Source: Pirellulales bacterium
GTDB lineage: Bacteria; Planctomycetota; Planctomycetia; Pirellulales; UBA1268
Reading direction: 5' to 3'
Length of the DNA stretch: 64,000 nucleotides
Assembly (NCBI GenBank): GCA_044369655.1
Contig: JBILWX010000001.1
Location: forward strand, 56,133 to 120,132
The translations under genes and the position numbers were made by a program. Below the pieces are notes generated by a model. It saw nothing but the letters and a program-made list of their open reading frames with translations, was not told the DNA's origin and did no database searches. Positions 19,251 to 31,038 of this stretch are shown in pieces (within the stretch, counting starts at the first letter, position 1; each line of letters begins with the position of its first letter).

Positions 19251-20573
19251 TCATGCGAGCGGATTGAAGACCAGGCCGCTGGCGAGCTTGGGGTAGAAGT
19301 AGGTGCTCTTGGCTGGCATGCGTTCGCCGGTCTGGCTCACCTCACGGATGTCCTCCACCGTCGCCGGCATCACGAGGGCGGCCAGCGGGTAGCGGCCGGT
19401 CTTCAGGCCCTCCACCACCTCCCGCACGAGGTGCACGTAGCCCGGCGTCGGGATCTCCTTGGCTCCGAGCAACTCGCCGATCACGAGCCGGTGGAGGATC
19501 GACACGCCGAGGCTTCGCCAGGCTGTCCCATGGTCGGCCGCCACCGCCTCCATCCGGGCCCGGCCCGCCGGGGTGATCCTGGCGAGTGTCCACGCCTGAT
19601 CGCCGCCGGTGTAGAGGCCGAGCGTGCCCTGCCTGTTTTCCGACTCGACTTCGAGCCAGACGTTGTCGGCCTGGGCCGGTCCCGTGCCGGCCGGTTCGAC
19701 CGTAAAGCAGTCGCCCAACCGGCTGGCCAGTTCAGCCGCAGTGGCCACGGCGGGCTGAACGAAGAGCCGGTGGGTGGGCAGAACCACCAGCCCAGGATCG
19801 CTCATGCCAACGAGCATCATCAGGACGAAGTTTGCTGGGTGGTCGGAGGGCAAGGGCTCGCCACCGTGTTCCTCGGCATATTCCCGGGCCACCTCGTCGC
19901 GGTAGTTGCAGGCGGTCTCGTAGCGGTGGTGGCCATCGGCGATGAAGACCGGCTTCGGCCCCAACAGCCCCGCCACTCTCGCAGCGACCGACTCGTTCGT
20001 CATGGGCCACATCCAGCTGCGCACGCCGAGGTGATCGGTCGCCTCGACAGGGGGCTGGCCTGCCACCGACCTGTCGAGCACGTCCTGCACCTCGCCCTGC
20101 GGGTCGGGGTAGAGGCCGAACACCTGGCTGAGGTTCGCCCGGCAGGCCCGCGTCAGGAGGAGCCGGTCCTGCTTGGGGCCCGACATCGTCTCCTCGTGCG
20201 GGTGGATGTTGCCGGTGCCGAAGCGTTCCAGCCGCACGCGGGCCATCACGCCGCGGCGGAGATGCCTCATCCCCTCCACCTCGAACTCCTGGTGGTAGAC
20301 ATAGAGGGCCGCCGCCGGCTCCTGCATGACCACCCCCTGCTCACGCCAGTCTTTGAGGAACTTCGCCGCCCGGGTGTATCTGTTGGAGCGGTCGTCGTCC
20401 CCCGGTTCCTCGCGGTTGAGTTCGAGCCGGACTACGTTGGCGGGGTGCTGCTCGTAGAGCTGTGCCTGCAGGGCCGCATCGATGACGTCGTAGGGCGGGG
20501 CGATGACCTGCGAGAGGGCTCCGACGTGCTTGGGGTCGTAGCGGAGGCCGCGGAGAGGAGCGACGGATGGCAT
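19251..20573 (-). CDS. DUF1015 family protein
   Basis: N-terminus MPSVAPLRGLRYDP...VIAPPYDVI and HPHEETMSGPKQDRL are characteristic of DUF1015. Confidence 0.8.
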   Translation of the reverse strand: MPSVAPLRGLRYDPKHVGALSQVIAPPYDVIDAALQAQLYEQHPANVVRLELNREEPGDDDRSNRYTRAAKFLKDWREQGVVMQEPAAALYVYHQEFEVEGMRHLRRGVMARVRLERFGTGNIHPHEETMSGPKQDRLLLTRACRANLSQVFGLYPDPQGEVQDVLDRSVAGQPPVEATDHLGVRSWMWPMTNESVAARVAGLLGPKPVFIADGHHRYETACNYRDEVAREYAEEHGGEPLPSDHPANFVLMMLVGMSDPGLVVLPTHRLFVQPAVATAAELASRLGDCFTVEPAGTGPAQADNVWLEVESENRQGTLGLYTGGDQAWTLARITPAGRARMEAVAADHGTAWRSLGVSILHRLVIGELLGAKEIPTPGYVHLVREVVEGLKTGRYPLAALVMPATVEDIREVSQTGERMPAKSTYFYPKLASGLVFNPLA

Positions 20574-20710
20574 GCTTCAAGGCCGCGGAAGTGGCGAGGG
20601 GATAGGTCGTTGAAGCGTAGCACACGCGAGCCGGCACAAGGCCAAAACCGCGGGCGACCGGGACCGACGTCCCAGCGATTCCGCTCCGAACGCGTGTTCG
20701 ACTCTGGGTC

Positions 20711-20852
20711 ATCCGTGAGGGGGTGTCCATGCCCCGGGAGCCGGCGTTGCTGACGAGCGCAGGCAGGATGCCGGAGCGAAGTCAGCATCGAGTGAGCGCA
20801 GGCAGGATGCCATAGCGAACGTCCGGCGACGGGTCATGGGCAGCCCCGAACC
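20711..20852. repeat. ~142-bp self-complementary repeat element, right copy (inverted relative to 19020-19163)
   Basis: Its reverse complement aligns with the left copy from GGTTCGGGGCTGCCCATG to CCTCACGGAT, at about 85-90% identity by eye. Confidence 0.8.
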
Positions 20853-20883
20853 GTCGGGGTGAATAGCAGGTCCAGCACCCGGA

Positions 20884-20900
20884 TGTTTCCACGTGAAACG
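20884..20900. promoter_or_regulatory. Degenerate parS-like site TGTTTCCACGTGAAACG
   Basis: The right half CACGTGAAAC is perfect and the left half has an extra C (12/14 of the core). Its position mirrors the parS at 18974 relative to the repeat element. Confidence 0.4.
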
Positions 20901-20933
20901 CCTGTCGCCGCAGCGGGGGGCTGCGGCGACAGG
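20901..20933 (-). terminator. Stem-loop downstream of ahcY (14-bp perfect stem)
   Basis: CCTGTCGCCGCAGC / GCTGCGGCGACAGG with a G5 loop, 30 nt after the ahcY stop. On the minus strand it is followed by only a short CGTTTC tract. Confidence 0.5.
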
Positions 20934-20963
20934 ACCGATTCAAGGGTGGATCGCGGTGACCGA

Positions 20964-22277
20964 CTAGTACCGGTAGTACTCGGGCTTGAAGGGGCCCTCG
21001 ACCGGCACGTGCAGGTACTCGGCCTGGGCAGGGGTGAGCTTGGTGAGCTTCACGCCCAGCTTGTCGAGGTGCAGGCGAGCCACCTCCTCGTCCAGCTTCT
21101 TGGGGAGCAGATGCACGCCGACGTCGTACTTGTCGGTCTCCGTCCAGAGGGCGATCTGAGCGAGCACCTGATTGGTGAAGCTCGTGCTCATGACGAACGA
21201 CGGGTGGCCGGTGGCACAGCCGAGGTTCACGAGCCGGCCCTCCGCCAGCACGATCACCGAGTTGCCACTCGGCAGCGTGTAGCGATCGACCTGGGGCTTG
21301 ATCTCGACCTTCTTCACGCCCTTGGTGTTCTCCAGCCAAGCGACGTCGATCTCGAGGTCGAAGTGCCCGATGTTGCAGACGATGGCGTCGTTGGGCATCT
21401 GCTGGATGTGCTTGCCGAGGATCACGTCGCGGCAACCGGTGGCCGTCACGAAGATCTGGCCGCGGGAGGCGGCTTCTTCCATGGTCGTGACCTCGTAGCC
21501 CTCCATCGCAGCCTGCAGGGCGTTGATGGGGTCGATCTCGGTGACGATCACGCGGGCCCCCAGGGCCTTCATGGCATGGGCACAGCCCTTGCCGACGTCG
21601 CCGTAGCCGCAGACCACCACCACCTTGCCGGCCACCATGACGTCGGTGGCCCGCTTGATGCCGTCGGCGAGGCTCTCCCGGCAGCCGTAGAGGTTGTCGA
21701 ACTTGCTCTTCGTGCAGGAGTCGTTGATGTTGATCGCGGGGAGCTTCAGCTCGCCGTTCTCGTGCATCTGGTAGAGGCGGTGCACCCCCGTGGTCGTCTC
21801 CTCGGAGAGGCCGCGGATGCCGGCGATCAGTTCCGGATACTTGTTGTGGACCATCGCGGTGAGGTCACCGCCGTCGTCCAGAATCATGTTCAGCGGCTGG
21901 TCGTCCGGGAAGAACAGGGTCTGCTCGATGCACCAGTCGAATTCCTCGTTCGTCATGCCCTTCCAGGCGTAGACCGGGAAGCCGGCCTTGGCAATCGCGG
22001 CGGCGGCGTGGTCCTGCGTCGAGAAGATGTTGCAACTGCTCCACGTGACCTCCGCACCGAGCGCCTTCAGCGTCTCGATGAGGACGGCCGTCTGGATCGT
22101 CATGTGCAGGCATCCGGCGATCCGCGCACCAGCCAGGGGCTTGGAACGACCATACTTCTCCCGCAGCGCCATCAGGCCGGGCATTTCATTCTCGGCCAGC
22201 ATGATCTCCTTGCGGCCCCAATCGGCCAGGGACAGATCGGCGACTTTGTACGGCAGGCGGGTTTCGACATGCGACAC
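20964..22277 (-). CDS. ahcY: Adenosylhomocysteinase
   Basis: [40 protein letters not shown] and [13 protein letters not shown] start preceded by GGAG. I trimmed the ORF-track start from 22454. Confidence 0.9.
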   Translation of the reverse strand: MSHVETRLPYKVADLSLADWGRKEIMLAENEMPGLMALREKYGRSKPLAGARIAGCLHMTIQTAVLIETLKALGAEVTWSSCNIFSTQDHAAAAIAKAGFPVYAWKGMTNEEFDWCIEQTLFFPDDQPLNMILDDGGDLTAMVHNKYPELIAGIRGLSEETTTGVHRLYQMHENGELKLPAININDSCTKSKFDNLYGCRESLADGIKRATDVMVAGKVVVVCGYGDVGKGCAHAMKALGARVIVTEIDPINALQAAMEGYEVTTMEEAASRGQIFVTATGCRDVILGKHIQQMPNDAIVCNIGHFDLEIDVAWLENTKGVKKVEIKPQVDRYTLPSGNSVIVLAEGRLVNLGCATGHPSFVMSTSFTNQVLAQIALWTETDKYDVGVHLLPKKLDEEVARLHLDKLGVKLTKLTPAQAEYLHVPVEGPFKPEYYRY

Positions 22278-22365
22278 GGGAAGGCTCCTGAAACGGGTGA
22301 GGGGTGAGAGGGGTGTTCGGCAATGCCTTATCGTAGCCGTCTGCGGGCAATCGCATAGAGAGCTA

Positions 22366-23094
22366 TCAGGGCATTCCCATGGCCAGGCGGGCCGCGGCCA
22401 CGAAGGCCCGAACTTTTCGCGGTTCTTTCCGCCCCGGGGAGCTTTCCACGCCACTGGCGGTATCGACGGCCGACAGCCCCGTCACCCGGATCGCCTCGGC
22501 AACGTTTTCGGGGGTGAGCCCGCCCGCGACGGCCATGGGCACCGTCAGGGAACCGGCCCGGGCGAGCGCCGCCCAGTCGACCAACTCGCCCGTGCCGCCG
22601 AGCTGACCGGCGGCTGTGCCACGGGAAACGGCGGCATCGACGATCACCATGGCCGGCGTGTGGCCCGCGGCGGCGGCAGCCGCGAGCCAGGTTCGCGCCG
22701 CGGTCAGGCCGTCGGCATCCGGACACGAGGTGTCGAGACGCACCGCTCTGATGACGGCCAGACCGGCAAGCTGCCCGCACCGTTCCGGCGGGTCGACCGG
22801 TTCCTGCGGGCCGCCGAGGTGGCCGTGCAGTTGAACGGCATCGAGGCGGAGGTCGCGGGCGATCTGCAGCATCTCGGCCGCCGCCGCGCCGGCGAAGACG
22901 CCCACCCGCAGGACCCCGGCCGGAATGGCCGCGGCCACCTGACGAGCCTGAGAGCGTCCGAGCTGTCGGGGTGAGCCCGAGACGAAGTTGAGGCCGATGG
23001 CATCGGCGCCTGCCGCGGCGACCATTGCCGCATCCTCGGCAGTGGTCACGCCGCAAATCTTCACATGGAACACTCGATCACCTCCGGGCGTCAT
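22366..23094 (-). CDS. trpF: Phosphoribosylanthranilate isomerase
   Basis: [27 protein letters not shown] and DAVQLHG motifs. The start could instead be the GTG at VFHVKICG. Confidence 0.85.
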   Translation of the reverse strand: MTPGGDRVFHVKICGVTTAEDAAMVAAAGADAIGLNFVSGSPRQLGRSQARQVAAAIPAGVLRVGVFAGAAAAEMLQIARDLRLDAVQLHGHLGGPQEPVDPPERCGQLAGLAVIRAVRLDTSCPDADGLTAARTWLAAAAAAGHTPAMVIVDAAVSRGTAAGQLGGTGELVDWAALARAGSLTVPMAVAGGLTPENVAEAIRVTGLSAVDTASGVESSPGRKEPRKVRAFVAAARLAMGMP

Positions 23095-23276
23095 ATCCGG
23101 CGCCACCGGTCCGGGGCGCGGCGTTTTCTCCACGCCGCAAAGTCTACGGCCCCGTCCGATGGTGCAGGAAGATGCGGCCGTTGGTCGAAAGCAGAGGGGT
23201 CAGCAGTTGCGATCGTCACCTCTGGATGCCTCACCCCGTGTATCAACCCCGTCGACACCCCTCCACCCGCCCCTTC

Positions 23277-24728
23277 ATGGCGGTTCCACGCACGCAGTTC
23301 TATCACCCGGCCCGGGTGATCGACGCGGCTCTTCACGGCATCGACCGCGCGATCCGGCGGGCCGAGGGCATCGCGTTGGTGGTCGGTCCGCCGGGGACGG
23401 GGAAGTCGCTGCTGCTGGCGAAGGTGGCCGAGAGCGTGGCGGAGGATTTCAGGGTGGCCCTGCTTTCCGGCGCGACCATCTGCACCCGGCGGGCGCTGTG
23501 GCAGTCGATTCTGGCGGAGTTGGGCCAGCCCTATCGCGGGATCGACGAAGCGGAACTACGAATCGCCGTGGCGGAACTGGTTCGTGGGCTGGCAGCCGCC
23601 GGCTCGGGGCTCGTGATCCTCGTGGACGAGGCCCACACGCTCCCGCTGCGGCTCATCGAAGAGTTGAGGCTGCTGGCAAACACGCCCACTCCGCTGCCGG
23701 CCGTTCACATCGTGCTCGCCGGCCCCGCGGCGCTCGAAGAGCGATTGGGCGATCCAAAGATGGAGAGCTTTTCGCAACGGATCGCCGTGCGTGCCTACCT
23801 CGAGCCGCTCGATCACGCGGAGACCGCCGCCTACCTGCAGACGCAGACCAAGGCTGCGGGACTCGAGTGGGGCAAGTGCTTCGAGCCTGGCTGCGAGGAC
23901 GCCGTCTACACCGCCGCCGACGGCGTGCCGCGGCTGATGAACCAAATCTGCGATCAGGCGATCGTGCTCGTGGCTGCTGCCGGCCGCCGGGTGAAGCCCT
24001 CTGACATCGCAGCGGCATGGCAGGAAATCCAGCGCCTGCCGTCGCCGGTGCTCTTTGGCCATATCGTCGAGGGGGAGACGCGGCATGACGCCGCCGCCGA
24101 CCGCCATGCCGTTGTTCGCGGCGCCGCAGAGGATTGCCCGCAGCAGTGCGAAGACGATTTCCAGGAAGCGTCCGTCGTCGCCGAGCACGGCGGCGACAGT
24201 GGCGTGGGTGTGATCGAGTTTGGGCCGCTCGAGGATCAGCCGGCCGTCCCTGCGATGCGGCCGTTCGCCGACATCGGCGAGCTGATCGGCATGCCGGACG
24301 ACGAGCAGCCGGTCGCCGGCCGCGCCGACCCGTGGCAAGGCCCCGACGTGGAGTTCGTCTTCGATGCCTCCGCCGATCCCTTCCAGGAATTTTTCGAGCA
24401 GGAGGAGCGGATCGTCGAACGCTATCTCATGTCGTCGACCGATGATTTCAGCCGCCATCCCCACGTGTCGAGCTGCGAGGGAGCGGCACTGGTGCGGCAG
24501 TTGGCCGAGGTGGAGGACCACCGGCCGCCCTGCTCACCCCCGGGCGGCCAGCCGACGGCGGTCGAGCGCGAGACACACGCCACGATGGCGGCCGCTGAAC
24601 TCGACGACGACGACATGGTCGTGATCGAGGAGGATCTGCTGTCGCCCCCCGGAGTCCGTCCAGCGGTCGCGGCCGTACGACTGGGCGATTATCGCCGGCT
24701 GTTTGCCAGGCTGCGACGGGGCGGCTGA
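23277..24728 (+). CDS. ExeA-like AAA ATPase with an acidic disordered C-terminal half
   Basis: Walker A VVGPPGTGKS and Walker B ILVDEAH. The PRLMNQICDQA tail is typical of the ExeA/GspA-like ATPases seen in secretion and exopolysaccharide loci. Confidence 0.75.
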   Translation: MAVPRTQFYHPARVIDAALHGIDRAIRRAEGIALVVGPPGTGKSLLLAKVAESVAEDFRVALLSGATICTRRALWQSILAELGQPYRGIDEAELRIAVAELVRGLAAAGSGLVILVDEAHTLPLRLIEELRLLANTPTPLPAVHIVLAGPAALEERLGDPKMESFSQRIAVRAYLEPLDHAETAAYLQTQTKAAGLEWGKCFEPGCEDAVYTAADGVPRLMNQICDQAIVLVAAAGRRVKPSDIAAAWQEIQRLPSPVLFGHIVEGETRHDAAADRHAVVRGAAEDCPQQCEDDFQEASVVAEHGGDSGVGVIEFGPLEDQPAVPAMRPFADIGELIGMPDDEQPVAGRADPWQGPDVEFVFDASADPFQEFFEQEERIVERYLMSSTDDFSRHPHVSSCEGAALVRQLAEVEDHRPPCSPPGGQPTAVERETHATMAAAELDDDDMVVIEEDLLSPPGVRPAVAAVRLGDYRRLFARLRRGG

Positions 24729-24785
24729 CGGTGACGGAGGGCCGCTTTTGGGTTTGTTCCGTGGCCTGTTAGTCTGTCGTCCGCC

Positions 24786-25547
24786 ATGTCCACACGCGCA
24801 GACCTCCATTCACGAGACGATTGGCCCGCGGGCCGGGTGCTCGTCGTGTCTGCCACCTTCAACGAGCACGAGAACATCACGACGTTGATCGACCGCGTGT
24901 TGGCCGTGTCGGCCGACCTGCAGGTGTTGATCGTCGACGACGACTCCCCCGATGGCACGGGAGACGTCGCGCTGGCCCTCGCGGAACACAATCCGCGGCT
25001 GCATGTGCTCGTGCGTCGCGGCCGGCGGGGCCTGGGAACCGCGATCCTCGAAGGCTTTGCGATGGGGCGACGGCATGGCTTCGACGTGGCCGTCAACATG
25101 GACGCCGACTTCAGCCACGATCCGGCCGATATTCCACGGCTGCTGGCGGCGCTCGAGCCCGTGGGGGGCAGGCCCGCGGACGTGGTGGTGGGGTCGCGGC
25201 GGGTGCCGGGCGGGCAGACTGTGGGCTGGCCGCTCTCGCGGCATGCGGCCAGCAGGTTGGTCGGCTGGTTCACCCGCTGGGTGCTCTGGGTGCCGGTGCG
25301 AGACGCATCGAGCGGGTTTCGGGCGGTTCGACTGGCGATTTTTGACCGGCTGTCAGGCCCGTTCGCCGAGGGCTATGCGTTTCAGGAGGATCTGCTCTGG
25401 CGGGTGCATCGGGCCGGTGGCCGGCTGGCCGAGGTGCCCATCACGTTCACCGACCGGCAACGCGGCGTGAGCAAGGCGGATTTTGCCGAGAGCCGTCGGA
25501 GCATCGGCGAACTGCTCGGGCTCGCGTGGCAGACGTGGTTGGGCTGA
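24786..25547 (+). CDS. GT2 polyprenol-phosphate mannose synthase (Ppm1/DPM1-like)
   Basis: VLVVSATFNEHENI, VDDDSPDGTGD and DADFSHDP motifs of dolichyl/polyprenyl-phosphate mannosyltransferases. Confidence 0.8.
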   Translation: MSTRADLHSRDDWPAGRVLVVSATFNEHENITTLIDRVLAVSADLQVLIVDDDSPDGTGDVALALAEHNPRLHVLVRRGRRGLGTAILEGFAMGRRHGFDVAVNMDADFSHDPADIPRLLAALEPVGGRPADVVVGSRRVPGGQTVGWPLSRHAASRLVGWFTRWVLWVPVRDASSGFRAVRLAIFDRLSGPFAEGYAFQEDLLWRVHRAGGRLAEVPITFTDRQRGVSKADFAESRRSIGELLGLAWQTWLG

Positions 25548-25629
25548 AAGAGTCTTGGATCCTTCGTCGACCCAAGCCCGCCTCCATCCAAGCCCGCAGC
25601 GTCAGCAAGGGACAGGCGGACGCCGGGGC

Positions 25630-27543
25630 TCACCTGCCCTGGATGCCGAGCGGATCAAATGCCTTGCCGCCGGGGGCTGGCGATGAGGAGGGGGAAGGCC
25701 CGAGCGTAGACTGGCCCGGAAGCACCTGGCCCGGCAGGGACTGGGTTGGAGGTCTTTCCGGTGTTCGTCCCGCGGTGGGGCCAGGCTGCTCGCCGCGGGC
25801 GACGGCCAGTCCCTCGCGGGCATCCTTCAAGTTGGGGTTGATCTCGAGCGCCCTGACGAACAGCTTGATCGCCTCCTCCTTGTTGCCCTGCCGATAGAGG
25901 GTCACGGCGTAATTGTTGAGCAGGGCCGGATTGTCTGGCTCCTTCTCGAGCATCATCCGAAACCTCTCACCAGCCTCGGTGAAGCGGCCGGCCTGGAAGA
26001 GGGCGTTGGCGAGATTCACCTGCATGGCCGGCACGTGGGGCGTCAGCCGGCAGGCCTCTGCGAATTCCTTGATGGCCTCGTCGAGCCGGCCTTTCGCGGA
26101 GAGTGCCGAGCCAAGGTTGTTGTGTGTCTCGCCAAGGTCAGGCCGAAGTCGCGTCGATTGGGTGAAGTGGTAGAAGCCCCCCTCGATGTCGCCGCGGGAG
26201 AACTTCTTGGCCCCCAACCGGTTGTGGGCCTGCCACGCGTCGTGGTTGGTCTTGAGGGTGTGCGTCCAGAGGGCATCTTCGCTGGCCCAGGCATTCGCAT
26301 AGCGGAACGCCAGCAGCATGCCGGCGGCCAGCGCGATCGTTCCGCCGGCCACGATGAGCGGTTGCGACGAGGCATCCGCGCGTTCGTACCACCGTGTCGT
26401 CGCGGCGCCGATGAGGGCGACCACGCCGATCATGGGCAGGTAGATGAAGTGGTCTGCCACCCATGTGATCCGCATGTAGGAGATGGTGACGAAGCCGAGC
26501 ACGGGCAGCACCATGAGCAGGAAGAAGCCGAGGCCGAAGACGGCATGCCGGCCCCAGCCCGGGCGTTCGGCCGTGCCGCGGTTGGCCCAGATCCACGCGG
26601 CCGCCCCGCCGATTACGGGCCAGGCCAGAAACTGCCACGCCTGTGGCGGATCGACTTCCCAGCGCGGGTAGATCGGCAGCAGGTTGAGAGGCCAGACGAT
26701 CTGCTTGAGGTAAAAGAGAATCGCCATGCCCGCGGTCGCGATCCGCGATGCCGCGCCGCCCACCGGGATCGTTTCTGCACCGATGGCACGGCCCCACTGG
26801 TAGCGGCAGGTGATGATGCCGAGAACGATCGAGATCAGGAAGAACGGCGCTGCTCGAACCGCATCGTCCACGGAGACCCGTCCCCGCTTCCACCAGGCGT
26901 GCAGCAGCAGCACGACGGGCAGGGCCACCATCGACGTCTTCGCCAGCATCGCCAGCAGGAAGCACGCCATCGAGAGCACGTAGAACCGCGCTCGTCGTGG
27001 CCCCTCGGTCGCCTCGTCCTGCACGACCCAGCAGAGGCAGCAGAGGAGAAAGAGCGGCAGCGAGAGCGTGTTCTTGGTTTCCGACACCCACGCGACCGAC
27101 TCCACGCAGACCGGATGGATCGCGAAGATCAGGCTGCTCAGCCAGGCCCCGGGAATCCGCATCCGGGCCAACAGCGCCCAGAGCAGCAGCGAGCCGGTGA
27201 TATGCAGCAGGATCGTGGTGACGTGGTAGCCGGTGGGCTGGTTTTTGAAAAAGGGCCACTGCGCCCAGAGGGCGGTGTAGGAGAGGGGGAAGAAGTCGGC
27301 GCCGTCGGGATTGAACCAGAGCTTGGCCAGCCCCTGGAGCGAGCCCGACTGCACCACGGGGTTGGCTGTAAGCAGTTGGTCGTCATCCCAGAGCCAGTCA
27401 CCGTGATAGGCCGGGGCATAGATCCACAGGCCGGCCAGCACGATGATCGCGGCCTGAAACAGAAGATCACGCCAGCGGCCGGCGTCCGTCACGGGCAACG
27501 CGGAGGCGATGGGCGCGGACGGGGGAGTGGAGGAGCGTGCCAT
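25630..27543 (-). CDS. TMTC-like GT-C membrane glycosyltransferase with C-terminal TPR repeats
   Basis: About 10 transmembrane helices. The first-loop motif HGDWLWDDDQLLTANPVV resembles the DD loop of PMT/TMTC O-mannosyltransferases. The C-terminal ~200 aa are TPR repeats. I trimmed the 900-aa track ORF to MARSSTPP. Confidence 0.7.
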   Translation of the reverse strand: MARSSTPPSAPIASALPVTDAGRWRDLLFQAAIIVLAGLWIYAPAYHGDWLWDDDQLLTANPVVQSGSLQGLAKLWFNPDGADFFPLSYTALWAQWPFFKNQPTGYHVTTILLHITGSLLLWALLARMRIPGAWLSSLIFAIHPVCVESVAWVSETKNTLSLPLFLLCCLCWVVQDEATEGPRRARFYVLSMACFLLAMLAKTSMVALPVVLLLHAWWKRGRVSVDDAVRAAPFFLISIVLGIITCRYQWGRAIGAETIPVGGAASRIATAGMAILFYLKQIVWPLNLLPIYPRWEVDPPQAWQFLAWPVIGGAAAWIWANRGTAERPGWGRHAVFGLGFFLLMVLPVLGFVTISYMRITWVADHFIYLPMIGVVALIGAATTRWYERADASSQPLIVAGGTIALAAGMLLAFRYANAWASEDALWTHTLKTNHDAWQAHNRLGAKKFSRGDIEGGFYHFTQSTRLRPDLGETHNNLGSALSAKGRLDEAIKEFAEACRLTPHVPAMQVNLANALFQAGRFTEAGERFRMMLEKEPDNPALLNNYAVTLYRQGNKEEAIKLFVRALEINPNLKDAREGLAVARGEQPGPTAGRTPERPPTQSLPGQVLPGQSTLGPSPSSSPAPGGKAFDPLGIQGR

Positions 27544-27747
27544 GCCGGAGAGTATCGTTCTTTTTCTGCATGATGCCAGCCGAAAATGCCCGTCCACCGG
27601 TCGGCCGATCACGCCATGCAGCAGCGACCGGGCTTGGTACCACTTCGCTCGCCGGCGGTGACGACGGCTGGGTAGACTGTCCCGCGACGATGCGGGCTCG
27701 ATGGCCCAGGTTGTCTCGGCCGCGGAAATCCCCAAAAGACCATTTCG

Positions 27748-28914
27748 ATGCCCACCCACAAGCCCACGATCGGCATCCTCACCAGCGGCGGCGATTGCCC
27801 CGGACTCAACGCCGTGATCCGGGCGGCCGTCAAAAGCTCGGAGCGGCTCGGCTACGACTGCATCGGTTTCCTGCGCGGCTACGAGGGGCTCGTCGAGCCG
27901 GTCAGCTACATGCCGCTCACCGCCCGCAACACCGCCGGCATCCTCACCCAGGGTGGCACCATCCTCGGCTCCACCAACAAAGGGCGGTTCTCCGCCACGG
28001 TCGGCGAGGACCAACGGGTCGACCTTGATCCCGCCCTGCTCGAGCAGGTGGCCACCACTGTCCGCCAGCTCTCGATCTGCGGGCTCGTCTGCGTGGGTGG
28101 CGACGGGTCGCTCACCATCGCCCAGCAACTGCACGAGCACGGCATCCCCGTGGTGGGAGTTCCCAAGACGATCGACAACGATCTGGGCGCCACCGCCTTC
28201 ACGTTCGGCTTCGACTCGGCCGTGGCCTGCGCCACCGACGCGCTCGACCGGCTCCACACCACCGCTGCCAGCCACGAAAGGATCATGGTGCTCGAGGTGA
28301 TGGGCCGGCACGCCGGCTGGATCGCCCTGCACGCGGGAATTGCCGGTGGCGGCGACGTGATTCTCCTACCGGAGATCCCCTGGACCTTCGAAAACATCTG
28401 CCGCAAGATTCGCGAGCGCGAGTCGGAAGGGAAGAAGTTCACGCTCATCGTCGTGGCGGAAGGGGCTCGTCTGCCCGAGGGCGGCACGGTGCACCGCAAG
28501 GATGCCAGTGCCGAGGCGGCCGGATATCACCAGCAGGTGAAACTCGGCGGCATCGGGGCGCTCGTGACCGCCGAGGTGGCGAAACGACTCGACCGCGAGG
28601 TTCGCAACGTCGTGCTCGGCCACCTGCAACGCGGCGGCAACCCGACGACCTTCGATCGCGTGCTCGCGACGGAGTTTGGCGCCCATGCCGTTCGCCTCAT
28701 TCATCACGGCCAGTTCGGACAGATGGTCTGCTACCGGCCGCCCAACATCGAAAGCGTGCCGATCGCCGCGGCCATCCAAACGCTCTCGCGGGTCGACCCC
28801 GGCAGCTCGGCGGTGCAGGCCGCCAGGGCTCTCGGCATCAGCTTCGGCGACGCGGCCGAACTGCCAAGCCCGTTCGCCTCCCCGTGCACCGAAGAGACCG
28901 TCCGCCGCGGCTGA
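27748..28914 (+). CDS. pfk: 6-phosphofructokinase
   Basis: IGILTSGGDCPGLNAVIR, GGDGS and PKTIDND. The combination of Gly at position 104 and Lys at position 124 (E. coli numbering) resembles actinomycete-type non-allosteric PFKs. The phosphoryl donor cannot be decided from sequence. Confidence 0.9.
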   Translation: MPTHKPTIGILTSGGDCPGLNAVIRAAVKSSERLGYDCIGFLRGYEGLVEPVSYMPLTARNTAGILTQGGTILGSTNKGRFSATVGEDQRVDLDPALLEQVATTVRQLSICGLVCVGGDGSLTIAQQLHEHGIPVVGVPKTIDNDLGATAFTFGFDSAVACATDALDRLHTTAASHERIMVLEVMGRHAGWIALHAGIAGGGDVILLPEIPWTFENICRKIRERESEGKKFTLIVVAEGARLPEGGTVHRKDASAEAAGYHQQVKLGGIGALVTAEVAKRLDREVRNVVLGHLQRGGNPTTFDRVLATEFGAHAVRLIHHGQFGQMVCYRPPNIESVPIAAAIQTLSRVDPGSSAVQAARALGISFGDAAELPSPFASPCTEETVRRG

Positions 28915-29052
28915 AATGGACGCGACCCATTGCCCGCCGGCCCGGCGGATGGTCTGCTGATCGGGCTGTTTGCAGTCATGGCTTTCGCAGTCAGGTCTTC
29001 CATTTCCACGTTTTTCATCGCGTAGCGATCCGCGCCGCAGGGGGAGCATTTC

Positions 29053-31023
<1,971 letters not shown>

Positions 31024-31038
31024 GGCGGCCTGCACCCC

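Noticed and set aside
18747-20753. 668-aa ORF on the plus strand
   Set aside because: It is antisense to the well-supported DUF1015 gene and runs through the repeat elements and parS sites. No motif is present and its composition is shadow-ORF-like.
22278-22365. Possible SAH riboswitch in the ahcY 5' leader
   Set aside because: The 88-nt gap shows none of the conserved SAH-riboswitch pseudoknot sequences. It contains only a GGCAATGCC / GGCAATCGC direct repeat.
27544-28332. N-terminal 263-aa extension of the TMTC-like ORF (track start 28332)
   Set aside because: The extension is antisense to pfk and has no membrane or domain features. MARSSTPP at 27543, followed by the first transmembrane helix, is the sensible start.
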